A stretch of 64,000 bases of DNA, taken from contig RDEW01000006.1 of assembly GCA_011109175.1 (NCBI GenBank), positions 1,510,133-1,574,132 of the forward strand, read 5' to 3'. Below the pieces are notes generated by a model that was not told the origin of the DNA, did not search any database, and worked only from the letters and a program-made list of their open reading frames with translations. The translations under genes and the position numbers were made by a program. Position 1 is the first letter of the stretch, and every line of letters starts with the position of its first letter. Shown here piece after piece: positions 1 to 11,689 of this stretch. This stretch comes from Dicyema japonicum. Its lineage: Eukaryota > Animalia > Dicyemida.

Positions 1-968
1 TTTTGAAATGCCAGCCCAAAAATAATGATGGAACTAATTGAGGTAGTCTTAGTTTTTCACTAAGAACGCTTTTCCGAACGCCATGCTTAAACAACGTCAT
101 TTTCCTTGGATGGGTGAACGTTGATGAATGTGACGAGGACACGTGTTTCCTTTCAAATGGTGATAAAATTGAGGCCACTACAGTAGCTCTTCTACGAGAC
201 ATTCAATCATTTAAGAACTCTCTCGACGCCTCCGTGCTTCTGATTAAACAGAAGTTTACCACTTAAAAGCAAGTATTAAACTAATCTGTAGTAAAGTGAG
301 TTATTTTTCTTGACACATGGAGCAGCTTTTAAACGTGTGTGTCAAAAGAGGAGACTGATTTGACGCCTGCTAGAGTGAGCCAATTGGTTATTATGAGGTA
401 TCAGTCGGACTGGCACCACAAGTATGTGAAGAACATCTCAAGGACTCACACGACTGCGACAACTACCAAGATGCTGCATATTCTGGCCCAGAAGGAGTTT
501 AAACCTATGAAGTATTTCTTGATCGACCGTGTATTCAGCAATGAATTAGTGGATGCCACACATTTGGCAGAATTCAACCAAATTGAAGAATCTGATCGAT
601 TATGATATGTCTCTGGTTTGATGGGTTTAGTGACCCCGTTTTCTTTAATAAGTTGGGTTGGTGAGTTTGAGTGAGTTTAGGGATCACGGATCTGCTGTTC
701 AAGGTTGCCTATAATCCATATATGGAACCAAGCATGGAGATATTCCACGACCATAAACGTTAGTGGTGTTGTTATTGTAGAATTAAACAAGTTAATGGAG
801 ATATGGAACAGTGGAGTAATCAGAAGGGAGGTATTGTCACCAATGGGATTCCCCGATAATGTGAATTGTATTGCATGGGAGATTTCATTTGAGAGACCAA
901 CCATGATTTTTTATGAAATGACTAATATACGGATTTGGTGGGACGCCGTGTTGGAGTTAAAAATTTAA
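1..968 (+). CDS. Probable exons of an unidentified host gene, likely running off the window start
   Basis: GT-AG segments of 22 nt at 43-64 and 759-780. Removing the second gives ...[25 protein letters not shown]|[17 protein letters not shown]. Full exon chain not resolved and product not recognised. Confidence 0.3.
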
Positions 969-2899
969 GGAGTTTTTTGTCAACGGAATTTTAAACACGT
1001 TTACTCTAAGTGAGTTCATTCCCTCTGCAAACACCTGCTATTTGGAAGTTCTATTCCCTCAATTCAAACTCGGATTCAGAAGTCTTTGTTTTGATTGCTA
1101 TTCTTTTCTTTTGATGATTTTCCAAGCCAGAATATCCAGAAATTGGAACAAAGGCTTCCGTAGGAATCTCCACGTCTTCCTTGCCTTGGTTTTGCCTCCC
1201 CATTCCTCGCTTGAGTCTTCTGTGAGAATCAACAAACACAGAACAGTTTAAATGGAAGACTCTTTGAGGTACTCTTCGACATGTCAGATTCAGCACTCTT
1301 CCTGTTCAGTTTTTGTACAGAGGATAAGGAAGGACATTGAAGAAAATGGATTTCCGTATTTGGGGAGGAATTGTGATTATCTCACTCCAATTACTGGTAA
1401 TTAACTATTTTATTTACATATTGTAATTAACTTAATTCATTTGAGGCCACGTGCTTGAGCTCATCATATGAGCAATAATATTGTACTTAGTTCTTTTTAA
1501 ATAACGTGGTTGAATTATGTGATTAGATTATTAAGTTTTGTAGCACAAACTGACTATTCAATAACGACCACATGCTCAAGCTAACTCAATGGCCAATGCT
1601 CGTCTCACATAGATTTTGCAAGTCACGTAATATTTATGTAAAGAATAATGCAATTAAAAAAGTTTTCAGGTTAAAAATTTTGGTCTTTAGATAATAATTT
1701 TACAATTATAAAAATCTTTACTGAATAGATTAGGAGATTTCTTCAAAGAGCCGTATATGTATAGACAATTATGAAGAGCCATATTAGCTATAGTTCTTCC
1801 TAGGCAGAACACACACTCTATATGCATGTAAAAACTCAAAAATAGCTTCTGTCAAGTTTAATTTTTTAATCTTTTTAATTGGTTACAAGTGTTACTAATC
1901 ATTTTATCTCAAGAAGTTCTGAACTCGGAGGTTGATGTCCAAGAGGAACCAGGAGAAACAGCTGTCTTGTCTAGTGATTCGCTTTCTCAAGTTGTATATG
2001 AGGGGAACAGTGAGGGTGATACAAAGGGCCAATTCAGCTTGCATATTAGTGTCAATTAATTACAATTGATTTTCTATGATCTATATTTGATTTGTTGTGT
2101 CACAATTAAAAAATTGATCTGGATGAAGGGTTCATTGATAGAAACCATTTAGCCAGGCGGTCTGGTACTATCTCCAGGAAACGTCTAAGTGAATCTTTGT
2201 TACTTGAGAAAAGTCAACATCATTCTTTAATACTTCCGGAGATATCGTATAGCAGATTCAAGATATATAACGAACAATACCAGAGAGAGGGAGTCTCCTT
2301 GAGGTATGATCGCTGTTTTCACGATTTACCAATAAGCAATCGCACACTGTGTTTGATAGGAGCATCCGTATTAGGGTGACCGTGTCCTGATCCAGGAAAC
2401 TTTCCAGCACTTCAATGAGTTTTTCTCAACACAGTGTCGAAAACTCATGTGACATCAATTCCAAAAATAGGCCTTGAGAGAATCTTTGCTGAATAGTACA
2501 TCAGCTGTTGATCTCTTAGTCCTGAACACACTTTGCTATTGAGTCAAGTACCCTCCACTGATTCTTGGATCCAATTAAGTACGAGCAGGACAAGGATCCT
2601 CCGCAGGATATTTAGAAAGATGACAGGAGGCAAGTTTTCAACAGATCCGGTAGGGTTATTTCCACTCTGGAGTGGTATTAGTACACCCCACTTTTAATGA
2701 CCCTACCCCTACATTTTCCGGATACAAGGCTATAAGGATGGACCGTAGAGAGAAGAGATGGAGATCTGCTCACTCTATTCCAAAAGTACCTCAAATGCAA
2801 AGACATCTCAGAAGTGAGGAAACTTGTTGGGAATCATGAGATTAACGTAATAATCTTGCTAGGAACAACGACAGGAAGACTTTTCCTTGTGTATTTCTA

Positions 2900-3960
2900 C
2901 GTTCCGCCAATGGTTCCACCCAAATAGCTATTCCATGCGAAACCCATCAATACTGGTTACCTTCGATGAGATCATGAAGATCTAAAGCATCCCTCATGAA
3001 AATCAAACTCAACATGAGAGGGAAACTATTCTTATCGAAAACGGATTCACTTACGATATTGAATGATCCATCGAAAATACAAGGACACCACTCAGAAAGT
3101 CGCTTCGAACACTCTCTCCATATCACTTTCTTTGATAATTGCTTGGTCAGTCTCCTATGAAACAAGAAGCGATCATAATCCGACTGCGGTAAAGATCAGG
3201 GAGAAGCCAACGTGAGGAAAATTCCTAGAAGCTACAATTACGAAGCTACTAATGGAGATTGTTACGCGCAATCTCAGAAGACGGACTGAAGAATCGTTGC
3301 TGGCTATGCCCAAACATTGATTAAATTCTTCGAGTGGTCGTGGGAAGACGGCCTTGATTGAAAAAGAAATCAACTCAAAAAATCTAACCTGATCACTTTG
3401 GAAATGAAACTCCGGATTAAAACATTGAATAATGAAATAACAGACAAAGAGCTCATAGGAGAGAGGTTGAAATGTAATCGTGTGCTCACATCAGTAAATC
3501 GAAATCTTACTCCAAGAGAAGTATGGAAAGCTAATCGAAACGTAGTAAAAAGCGAGGAAATATCGTCTGAAGAAAATTACGCTCAAAGAGATGTGAACAA
3601 CTTGATAAAATTCTACACAAAAATTTTCCACAAGGAGCAAAACTATTATCACGCAGAAAATTGAAAAAGTGTCAGTCCCCTCTTCTTTTAGGAGAACGAT
3701 GTGAGGGATACACTACATTCCGCAGACGCCATACTCTCACGGTTATTCTATTAAAAATTTTGGAGACAAGGGAGTTATCTTCCTATGTCGATTTTCAACT
3801 CTTCTATTTATCAGGCACAGATGCGGCCAATATTTAAACCTGGAAGACTAAAAGATTACCCAGCGTCTTTTAGACTGGTGTCACTACTATGTTACATGTA
3901 AAAAATACTGGAGAGGTTTGTGATCGTGAGAATGAGAATAAAAGAATTATGCCTTTTCAA
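2900..3960 (+). mobile_element. Degenerate APE-type LINE ORF2 fragment (end of endonuclease to start of RT)
   Basis: RSDHNP near 3170 and RPIFKPG...ASFRLVSLL...KILERFV near 3830-3930, with many stops and frameshifts. Most of it is duplicated at 22202-22890. Confidence 0.65.
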
Positions 3961-3968
3961 CACCCTTA

Positions 3969-4002
3969 TAATATTTCGCGGAACCCAGGTTGGGAAACAC
4001 TG
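3969..4002 (-). mobile_element. Solitary hAT terminal inverted repeat
   Basis: Reverse complement is CAGTGTTTCCCAACCTGGGTTCCGCG, the same end type as the 58445-60088 element. Flank GTGTAGAG fits nnnTAnnn. A copy ends at 22918. Confidence 0.7.
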
Positions 4003-4321
4003 GTGTAGAGGATTGTCCTAAAAGTTGGTTTCATCACCAGACGAATTGAATTGAGACTGAAAACTCTGTTAAATTGAGTTGGCATATATTTAAAGAAAAT
4101 CTTATTAAACAGAGCAGCAATTTTCTTCGTAGCATCAAGAGTGTTCGTCGAAAAATATAACAGATCTCTCAAGACACTGTGGTTTGAAACACTAAACCAA
4201 ATCGATAAATCCTCAGATTGAGATATTTTTATGTTAAAAAAGTGAAATTATGAGTGACAAAATGATTATTAAAACCATTTAATCCCTTAAAAACAAAAAG
4301 TTAACTAATCAAGCGATCAAA

Positions 4322-7001
4322 TTATTCTATTATAGGATACATTGGATAGTAAGGAAATCCACAGTTAAATTTCCCACGTGACAGTTTGAAGTATCCAAAT
4401 AAACCCCATGCTTTTCCCCATCCATTTTTGATAAGCCAATACTTTTCACCTTTCATAATTCCATAACCAACAACAGAAATTACATGATTATAGTCCAAGT
4501 TATAACAATTCCTGATATGGTATACTCCTAAAACGTTACATTTATATTTACCTCGGATATAAGCTTGCATGCTTACAAAAGAACCATCAACAAAAACAGT
4601 AATAGGACCAACATTAATGAGATAGTCCATAAGCATTTTTCGTCACCATCAATAAGTTTTTTATAACCAGTCAATTTAAATTTAATATTTGGTTTACCAT
4701 CATATTTACATTTACCCTCCTATAGAGTTATCCCTCGAGAAATTATTACCTTAGCCACATATGGATATCGTTTTTCTGAATTAATTCCTCCGTTATGTTT
4801 AATGTAATTATAAACATCTTCGACAGATCCACCACTGCATCCATGATCTAGACAATCTACTATGTTTTGTTCACTCATAGATTTAAGAATATTGTGTTTG
4901 ATTGCTAAATGTGACTCCAACGTTGCCAACTATATGCATTAAACCAGAGCTTTTCAAAAAATAATTCCCGCGGCACACTAATCGTAAAAAAAATAATCCA
5001 CGGCACACATTAAAAAATTAAATTTTTAAGATGTGTAAAACTAAGGACAAAAATTGAGAATTTAATCCCCAAATTTTTATTAATAATAAAAATAAAATCT
5101 TAATTATTATTGTTTTTGCATATATCATCAATATCAGTCGAATGGTTGACAAAGCCACCCGCATTTCAGCATCAATGTTTCTCAAACTTTCACGTTTGTT
5201 ATATTTCATATTATGCAGCGTAGAAAAACCTGTTTCGCATAAATAGGTCGTTGAAAACTGTAAAATTATGGTCAGTGCTTGTTTTGATAAACTGGGATAT
5301 ATGTTTCGAATATATATCCAGAATTCTCCAATGTCTAACTCCCTCATCATTAATTTTAAAGATCGATCATTAAACAGTGCAATAAGTTCTTCATTTTCTT
5401 TAACAGATAAGTGTTTTGATTCTGACACAAGAAAAGGATTTCGTATCTAAAAATATTTAAAAAATAATAACCCAATCGAATTTTTCAATTTCTAAGTCTG
5501 GAAAATAAGCATCCATTTTGTTTTCCAAAATTATTAAATATTCATTAATCAGTCCCTGTATCGATTCACCATTATATCCTTATTATAATTAAAATATAAA
5601 ATAAACCATTCGTATTAGGAAACATAGTATAATCGCCATCTAAAACCCTTTTTCTCCAAAAACTGATTTTCATTTTCAAAGAATTTAATTTGTCCGTCGA
5701 CGATAAAATAGTCTCAGAACCTCCTTGCATACTTGCAATATTCTCCGACAAAGCACAAATCCGACGAGAAACAGTGTTATCTGACAAAGGTATCTTCATT
5801 ATTTTTTGTTCATATTTATGACCAAACATTGTCCGAGCAATAATACGACAAGCAGGGATTATCAAGTTTTCGCCAATAGTGTGAGGTTTTAGTTGTTTTG
5901 CTATCAATTCTGAGATCAGGTATGAACATTTCAATGATTCCTTTGTGTTTACAAAAGTTTCACTGAACATCATTTGACTAGATCTACGATTCATAGTAAA
6001 AACTAAATAATACTTGTGTTGTTTTTTCAAATGGATAAAATAATCCACAGATTTTTCGGAATAGTCCGGATGCTTGGAAGTAAAATGTCTCTTTAGTTTG
6101 CTAGGAACCATAGCATCATTTGCCAAGACTTCCATACAAATTAGACATTGAGGTAGTTTATTTTTATCTATGCATATAAATCCAAATGACAAATAAGAAT
6201 CTTTATAAGAACGACGAACTGATTTACCCATAACCACGTTGATGCGCACGTTATTAAAAATTATTAAATAATGGTTAACCAATGTAAATGTCATTTATTA
6301 TATAATAAAAAAAATGATTATTTTAATTTATTTATCTTTTTAAATTAATTAGGTCAAAAAATGTATATAAATTTATTCAAATTTGTATTTGGCAGGCGGC
6401 ACACTAGAAATTGTCTCGCGGCACACTTAGTGTGACAACCTCTGCATTAAACATTCGTTAACTGCTCCAAATGCATAGCAAGACCCACAAAAACTTCCTT
6501 GCATTTTTATATCAGTTACACAGTTTCGTTTTACCCAACTAAATGATTTGGGATATCTTGTTTTATTAGCATGCACAGTATAATCTTTTAATAATTCAGC
6601 TGTGTATGTTTGATTAGAATAAGAATTAAATTTGAATTTGTTTGGTTTTTTAAATTCCCTTTTTGTCTACAAAAATATATTTTAAATAAACCAGGTCAGC
6701 AAACTGATTAATTCCCAATTCATACAAAAATCTTCCTTTATTGAAAAGTAAATTGTGATTGTCAATGAATCTTAAGTTTTCAGTAAAAATTGCTTTTCTA
6801 ACCTGGAGTTCTAAGCCAGAATAAGATTTATCTGTATAATAGGTAAAAATAAATTTAACTATATTTATCTATGAAATTATTCCATCGGATTTCATAATAT
6901 TCATCGTCTTTAAGTGAATAGTTGATTGATTCGTATTTGAAATGAATTTTAGATGAAATAAAGTTATTAAAAAATGAAACAAGGAAAACTATGTTGATCA
7001 T
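4322..7001 (-). CDS. Cathepsin L-like papain-family cysteine protease, copy A, with a hAT inside intron 3
   Basis: ATG at 7001. I29 prodomain WNNFIDKYNKSY...RKAIFTENLRFIDNHN...GINQFADLT. Catalytic motifs QG-CGSCYAF, NHVISVVGYG and KNGWG. Introns of 28, 25, 25 (now 1533, at 4930-6462), 30 (4720-4749) and 24 nt (4528-4551). One apparent 1-nt loss in an A-run near 4640. Confidence 0.9.
4945..6444 (-). mobile_element. Non-autonomous Buster/Charlie-type hAT transposon, 1500 bp
   Basis: Perfect 8-bp TSD CATTAAAC at 4937-4944 and 6445-6452. Imperfect TIRs CAGAGCTTTTCAAA / CAGAGGTTGTCACA and subterminal GCGGCACAC repeats at both ends. The empty site is present in the paralogous intron at 23841-23865. 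Confidence 0.95.
5060..6231 (-). pseudogene. Internally deleted hAT transposase with three short introns
   Basis: BED finger CLICMEVLANDAMVPSKLKRHFTSKH, then LSDNTVSRRI, FDW|IRNPF and YPSLSKQAL...FSTTYLCETGFS. Introns at 5984-6013, 5579-5606 and 5447-5471. The central catalytic region is missing. Confidence 0.85.
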
Positions 7002-7049
7002 TTTAATTAATTCTTTCTATTTTTTATTTAATATATATTTTTTTCATTA

Positions 7050-7620
7050 AAAAATATATTTTTTTGTTTTTATGAGTTTATCGAGACGAATTTGATATCG
7101 CATTATTTTTGCTAGATGGTCATTCCTTGATCCTTCACCAGCTCTTTGGGTTCGTGCTGTGTTCTGGTCACGTTGGATTAGGTCTCCTCTGTTATTAGTG
7201 GTAACTTAGGTTACTCATATAGGAAATAGCCTGGAGACAGACCCAAGGAAGACTTGTCTCCTCCGTTCTCCTTCGCTCTCTGCTTTCCGCATCTGTCCGT
7301 AGATTTTCTAGGTCATTGCAGATTTAAATTTCTTCCAATTCCATTAAGATCCTTGTTCAGAGCCACAGAGAGGGTGACTCCTCTGAACGATGGTTTGTTC
7401 TCATTGTTAGACTTACTGTCCATTATTATATTTGCAGAAGCGTTTATGTCTATTCTAAGCACGTGCCCAAACAGTCTCCATCTTGATTCAATAATGTCGA
7501 TGGTTTTAGCCTCTATTGTGCCACAGAGGATAATTACTTTTTTGAAATCTTTTTTGGGCAGCCTAGGCATATTAAATTGCGTAATTGTTTTTGATGAAAT
7601 ATATCTATTTTTTAGCTGTG
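7050..7620 (-). mobile_element. RTE-like LINE 3-prime fragment
   Basis: IESRWRLFGHVLR...KPSFRGVTLSVALNKDL. The same sequence recurs at about 24490-24905. Confidence 0.7.
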
Positions 7621-7744
7621 TGACCCTCCCATGTACCCCATTTGTACATAATCACCGTCTTTATATATGAGTTTTATACTCTTATTCTTAGATTTGTTTT
7701 TATTAGTTTTCGTCGACTCCATATCTACTGCATTTTCTTGTGAC

Positions 7745-8640
7745 ATCTCTCATTCCAATACATCTCCTCCAAAAAAAAGCTTAAATAACCAAATCACCCC
7801 AACTTGTATTCCAACCCCTATAAAGTCATTCTGCGAATTTCAGAAAATTGAGTAATCAAAGGAGACGACTACAATAAGTTTACAATTCATTTGAGTCTTC
7901 TCTAATCCATTAGATTTCTTCATGATGAGGGAAGCAATACCACCAGGACAAATGTTTTGAAGATCTCTGTGAAATTCTGTGAAACTTGTTCAAAATGTAC
8001 GACTGAGAGCATCACTTGATTGATCATAGTGTACATTACGCAATTACTAAGCCAATAACTTCTGGGACTCGTTCACATTAAGTTGTCTCGAAAGCAAGTC
8101 ATCGTTAACAGAATCAATGTCAGAAACTGATCCTTTTATTCACATGATTTTATTGCTTTAGTTTGACGTTACAATCATCATATAGTTTGCAAACTGGCGA
8201 AGATTCTGACCATTGTATTTCTCAACTTCCTCGAATGGGATTGTACCCAACTTTCTAACCTTTACTAAACACTTCTCTTTCTAGCAATTAATGTACAGGG
8301 ACTCTTTTAAGCAGCATCTTCTGCTTAATTAATATCCCCTTTCAACGATTTCCCAACTTTGTTAATCTGGTTCCACAATTCTGTCTCTTTAATTTAAATT
8401 CAAGATTCCCCGAGACCTTGGTTCTGTTAAATTCTTCTCGAGATTCTATCAAAGTCAGAACTCGACATTATAATCTTCACAAAGAATGACGACTTTTCTC
8501 GTCGAGCACTTCTGTTTGAGTTATTTCTTATTCATTCGCAAGTTCAGTTCTTTCGATACCATTCAAAACAGGATCTTGCATTATATCTTCATTAACAAAT
8601 TTATCAATACATTTAATTGACTCAGTCTTTTTAAAACAAT
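7745..8640 (-). pseudogene. SMC3: SMC3-like (cohesin) fragment: second coiled-coil arm to start of C-terminal head
   Basis: KQKMLLKR|KEKCLVKVRKLGTIPFEEVEKY...DDCNVKLKQ*NHVNK...SDALSRTFEQVSQNFTEIF...PGGIASLIMKK...DFIGVGIQ...EMRD matches the SMC3 pattern. A 22-nt intron is retained. In-frame TAA at 8150-8152. The LSGGQ signature and Walker B are absent. Confidence 0.8.
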
Positions 8641-8649
8641 TTTAATGGT

Positions 8650-9560
8650 CTTCCTTTACTTTGTCATAATGATGGCTTTCCGTAAATTCACAAAAAAATT
8701 TTTTTTTACCAAATCAAGGATATATATCCAAAATAAGCCTTTTTCTATAATAATACTTACGTTCTTGTTTATGCCTGCATCTATGGTAGAAGATGTGCAG
8801 TTGTGTTTTTTGGAAAAAATAAAATTTCAATTTTCAGAAAATTACGTTAAAACGTGGAGCATTATCAATCAGTAAAAAGAACTTTTTTCTGTAACATTTT
8901 AATTCATCACTATGATGACTGATGAAAACATTAAAAAATCCTGTCATTCAAACCCTTTTATTTACATAGTACAATAATTTTCAAATTCAAAATCTTTAAA
9001 AATCTTGGTCTAAGAACTTTCTTTAAATCTGTGATAGCCTTTACTAATTTCAAAATCATTGATTCTAAGCTTTTCACCAAATACTTTAGCTTATGAAATG
9101 ATCTTCAGTAATAAAACCATTAATTTCATCTATTCAATAAGTGAATTATCAAGTTGATGACGTTTACCACTTGGTTCTTGACTTGTTAGTCGTATTTTCA
9201 CTGTTTTCCAACTTTCACGGTATTTTTAGAATTTCTGAAAATGTAGGAATTCCAAAATAGTTCATTTTTATTTCACAGATATAAGATAATTTTCTGAGAG
9301 TCATTTTTTGATGTATTTTTATTTCACAAATATTACTTTTTTATAACAATGTGGTACTGTTAGATTTTAAATGTAAATTCATGCGAATGTAGAATAAAAA
9401 CAAAATAAATTAATCCGAAATATTTAATAAATGTCTTTCGGATTGCGGATTATGAAGTTTCGGTTTTTTAAAGCCTGTTTGTAAGGAAACTTTGTAAAAT
9501 TTTGCTAACTCATAAAAAATTCGGATTATTGAAGTTCAGATTAATAAGGGTTTACTATAT
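8650..9560 (-). mobile_element. pogo/Tigger-like transposon remnant
   Basis: KVLLLIDNAP and FPKNTTAHLLP.DAGI.KNVKYYYRK-like motifs. The end near 9556 reads TA-TAGTAAACCCTTATTAATC, resembling pogo TIRs. Confidence 0.6.
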
Positions 9561-9899
9561 TGTGAAATTTCTTCCCTGTAAAAGTGAAGAAAATTCATTC
9601 AATTTACTGAAAATATCGGATAAATATGCTTCTCGTTGCAGCCAAATGAAATCGTTTAAAAATTTACAAAATTGAGATTTGAGTAGATTAAAAAAAATTA
9701 AATTCATCTATCAACTCGAAAAAAAAGCCAAAATTCTGCCTCTCTATAACCACCTTACTTTGGTATGTAATAAATGAGATGTATGATCCCATTTCTTTAC
9801 ATAATACTTTAATAGACGCGCTTGTAACGGCCGTGATTTGATATAATTTATCATTTTTATAACATCATATATAACCAATTTTAAACTAGGATGGAATAT

Positions 9900-11627
9900 T
9901 TTTAGAAACAAGAGCACAACGATGTAAAATACAATGTTACTTGCTATATACGGGATACTGCTCCGGCATAGTTCTCGATCATTGCTTGAGCACCCTCAAT
10001 GCAAACATCAATACATTTTTCCCAACATAATTCCCGAGAAATCATATAATCTTGGATTGCGTTGAAAATTTCTTGACCAGTTGTGTTTTTTTTCAAGAGA
10101 TTTACAGAATAAAAAATCTTCTTGCAGTGTAGAATCAAACTAAAAATTATAATCAACTTCATAGGAAGCTTCAGTGGCTTTTAAATTTTCATCTATTATG
10201 AAGTTTTTCATCGAATCTTTCGAGTTACTGAAAGCAGCAAGCATTTTTTCAAAAAAGATGTATCTTTGTGTTTTAATTCTTTGTGCTGACCAACGAAATG
10301 TCGATAGAGCTTAAATGGTATTAATGTCTCTTTTTACATAATTTTGTGGCACATCATACACTCTGCTCTCTTCGAATCGTCCTCAAACTGGCAAAATCCA
10401 TAAGCAAGACTTTCTTAAAATTTCTATTCTAGAAGTGGAATATTACAAGGTTTTCTTATTTATTTAATAATTTTGTCAAAAAATTTAATAACTTCGTCAT
10501 AAAATTTAATAACTCTGTCAAAATGTTTAATAACTTTGTCAAAATACTTAATAACTTTGTAAAGGGTCAAATTAAAAGAAACCAATTTCATAATTAATTG
10601 AAAAAAAACAACTATAAATTAAAATTCTTCATTAGCCAATGCTTTAACTAAATGGCTCCACATGAGGCTGTACAAATTATTACACACATCTGATGGAATT
10701 TCTCCGATGTTTTGGATTGCGTTTATTAATTCATCAAGTTCCTACAATTTTTCTTTTTGATGTTATTTTTTCAAACAGAAAAAAACTCTTCACTTGGATT
10801 AAGTTGAGGAGTATAAGGAGGCAAAAAATACAACATTTTTTAATTGCTCGCTCTTGTGAATTGATGCATTGTCACATATCATTACCATGTCTTAAATAAA
10901 ACATATAACCATACTTTTTTCCCTGCATGTTCAAGCTTATAATTAAGATGTATTACAAAATCAATGAACGTCTCCGCGCGATAAGGGGAGGAATTGATTT
11001 CGTAATGTAAAAGGCCGTCCACAGAAATAGCAGCACAAATAGAGAAATTTTTCTCTTTCATGTTTCTAATATATTTTTTTCGGAGTAACTCCTTTTATAG
11101 ATCTTCCAAATTTGGATCTCATCGAACAATTGACTCCCATTTCGTCTATAAAAAATAAGCCGTCGATTATCAATTTAAATTATTTTTCTGGCATATCTCT
11201 ATCTTTCTTCCACATTTATTGTAGAATTTCTCGCCATAGGTACAAATCGAATTTTCTTAAAACTATATCCGAATGTCTCTAGCGTCCTATTTATTGTCGA
11301 TAGAGAGACATGTTTTTTTGCACATCAAATAAAGAATTTTTGTAAATTCTTCAGCGTAAATGAAGCATCTTCTTCAATTATTTTAGTCAAAAATAAGATG
11401 TCCGATGAATTAAGTTTTTTTTTCGTCCACAATTATTTCTTGTTGAGGCAACATTTTGACAAAGTTATATAAATTTTATGACAAAGTTATTAAATTATTT
11501 GACAAAGTTATTGAATAAATAGGAAAACCCTGTATAATAAAATATTTAATTTAAATTAATTTTTTATATATCATAATTTTTTTGAGGCACCCCGGATTTA
11601 AAATGAGGCATACTTTGGGAACCACTG
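9900..11627 (-). mobile_element. Buster-type hAT remnant interrupted by a Tc1-like element
   Basis: BED finger ECMMCHKIM...KLYRHF near 10330, KATEASYEV and WEKCIDVCIEGAQAM. TIR TTGGGAACCACTG ends at 11627. The other end was not found. Confidence 0.75.
10446..11532 (-). mobile_element. IS630-Tc1-family DNA transposon, degenerate, 1087 bp
   Basis: TA at both flanks (10444-10445 and 11533-11534). TIRs CAAGGTTTTCTTATTTATT / CAGGGTTTTCCTATTTATT with internal 20-21 bp repeats. Motifs YSFKKI, FIDEMG, KNFSICAAIS, ICDNASIHK and LPPYTPQLNPSEE. Confidence 0.9.
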
Positions 11628-11689
11628 CTATTGTATAATTCTGTTTTCTCGGTGTTAATGTTTAGGAATGATTTTTAAAATGTTTTGGC

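Noticed and set aside
8150-8152. TAA reassigned to Tyr (stop at a conserved Tyr position of SMC3)
   Set aside because: TAA terminates the cathepsins and RIM-BP at the expected C-termini, and the SMC3 piece has other lesions.
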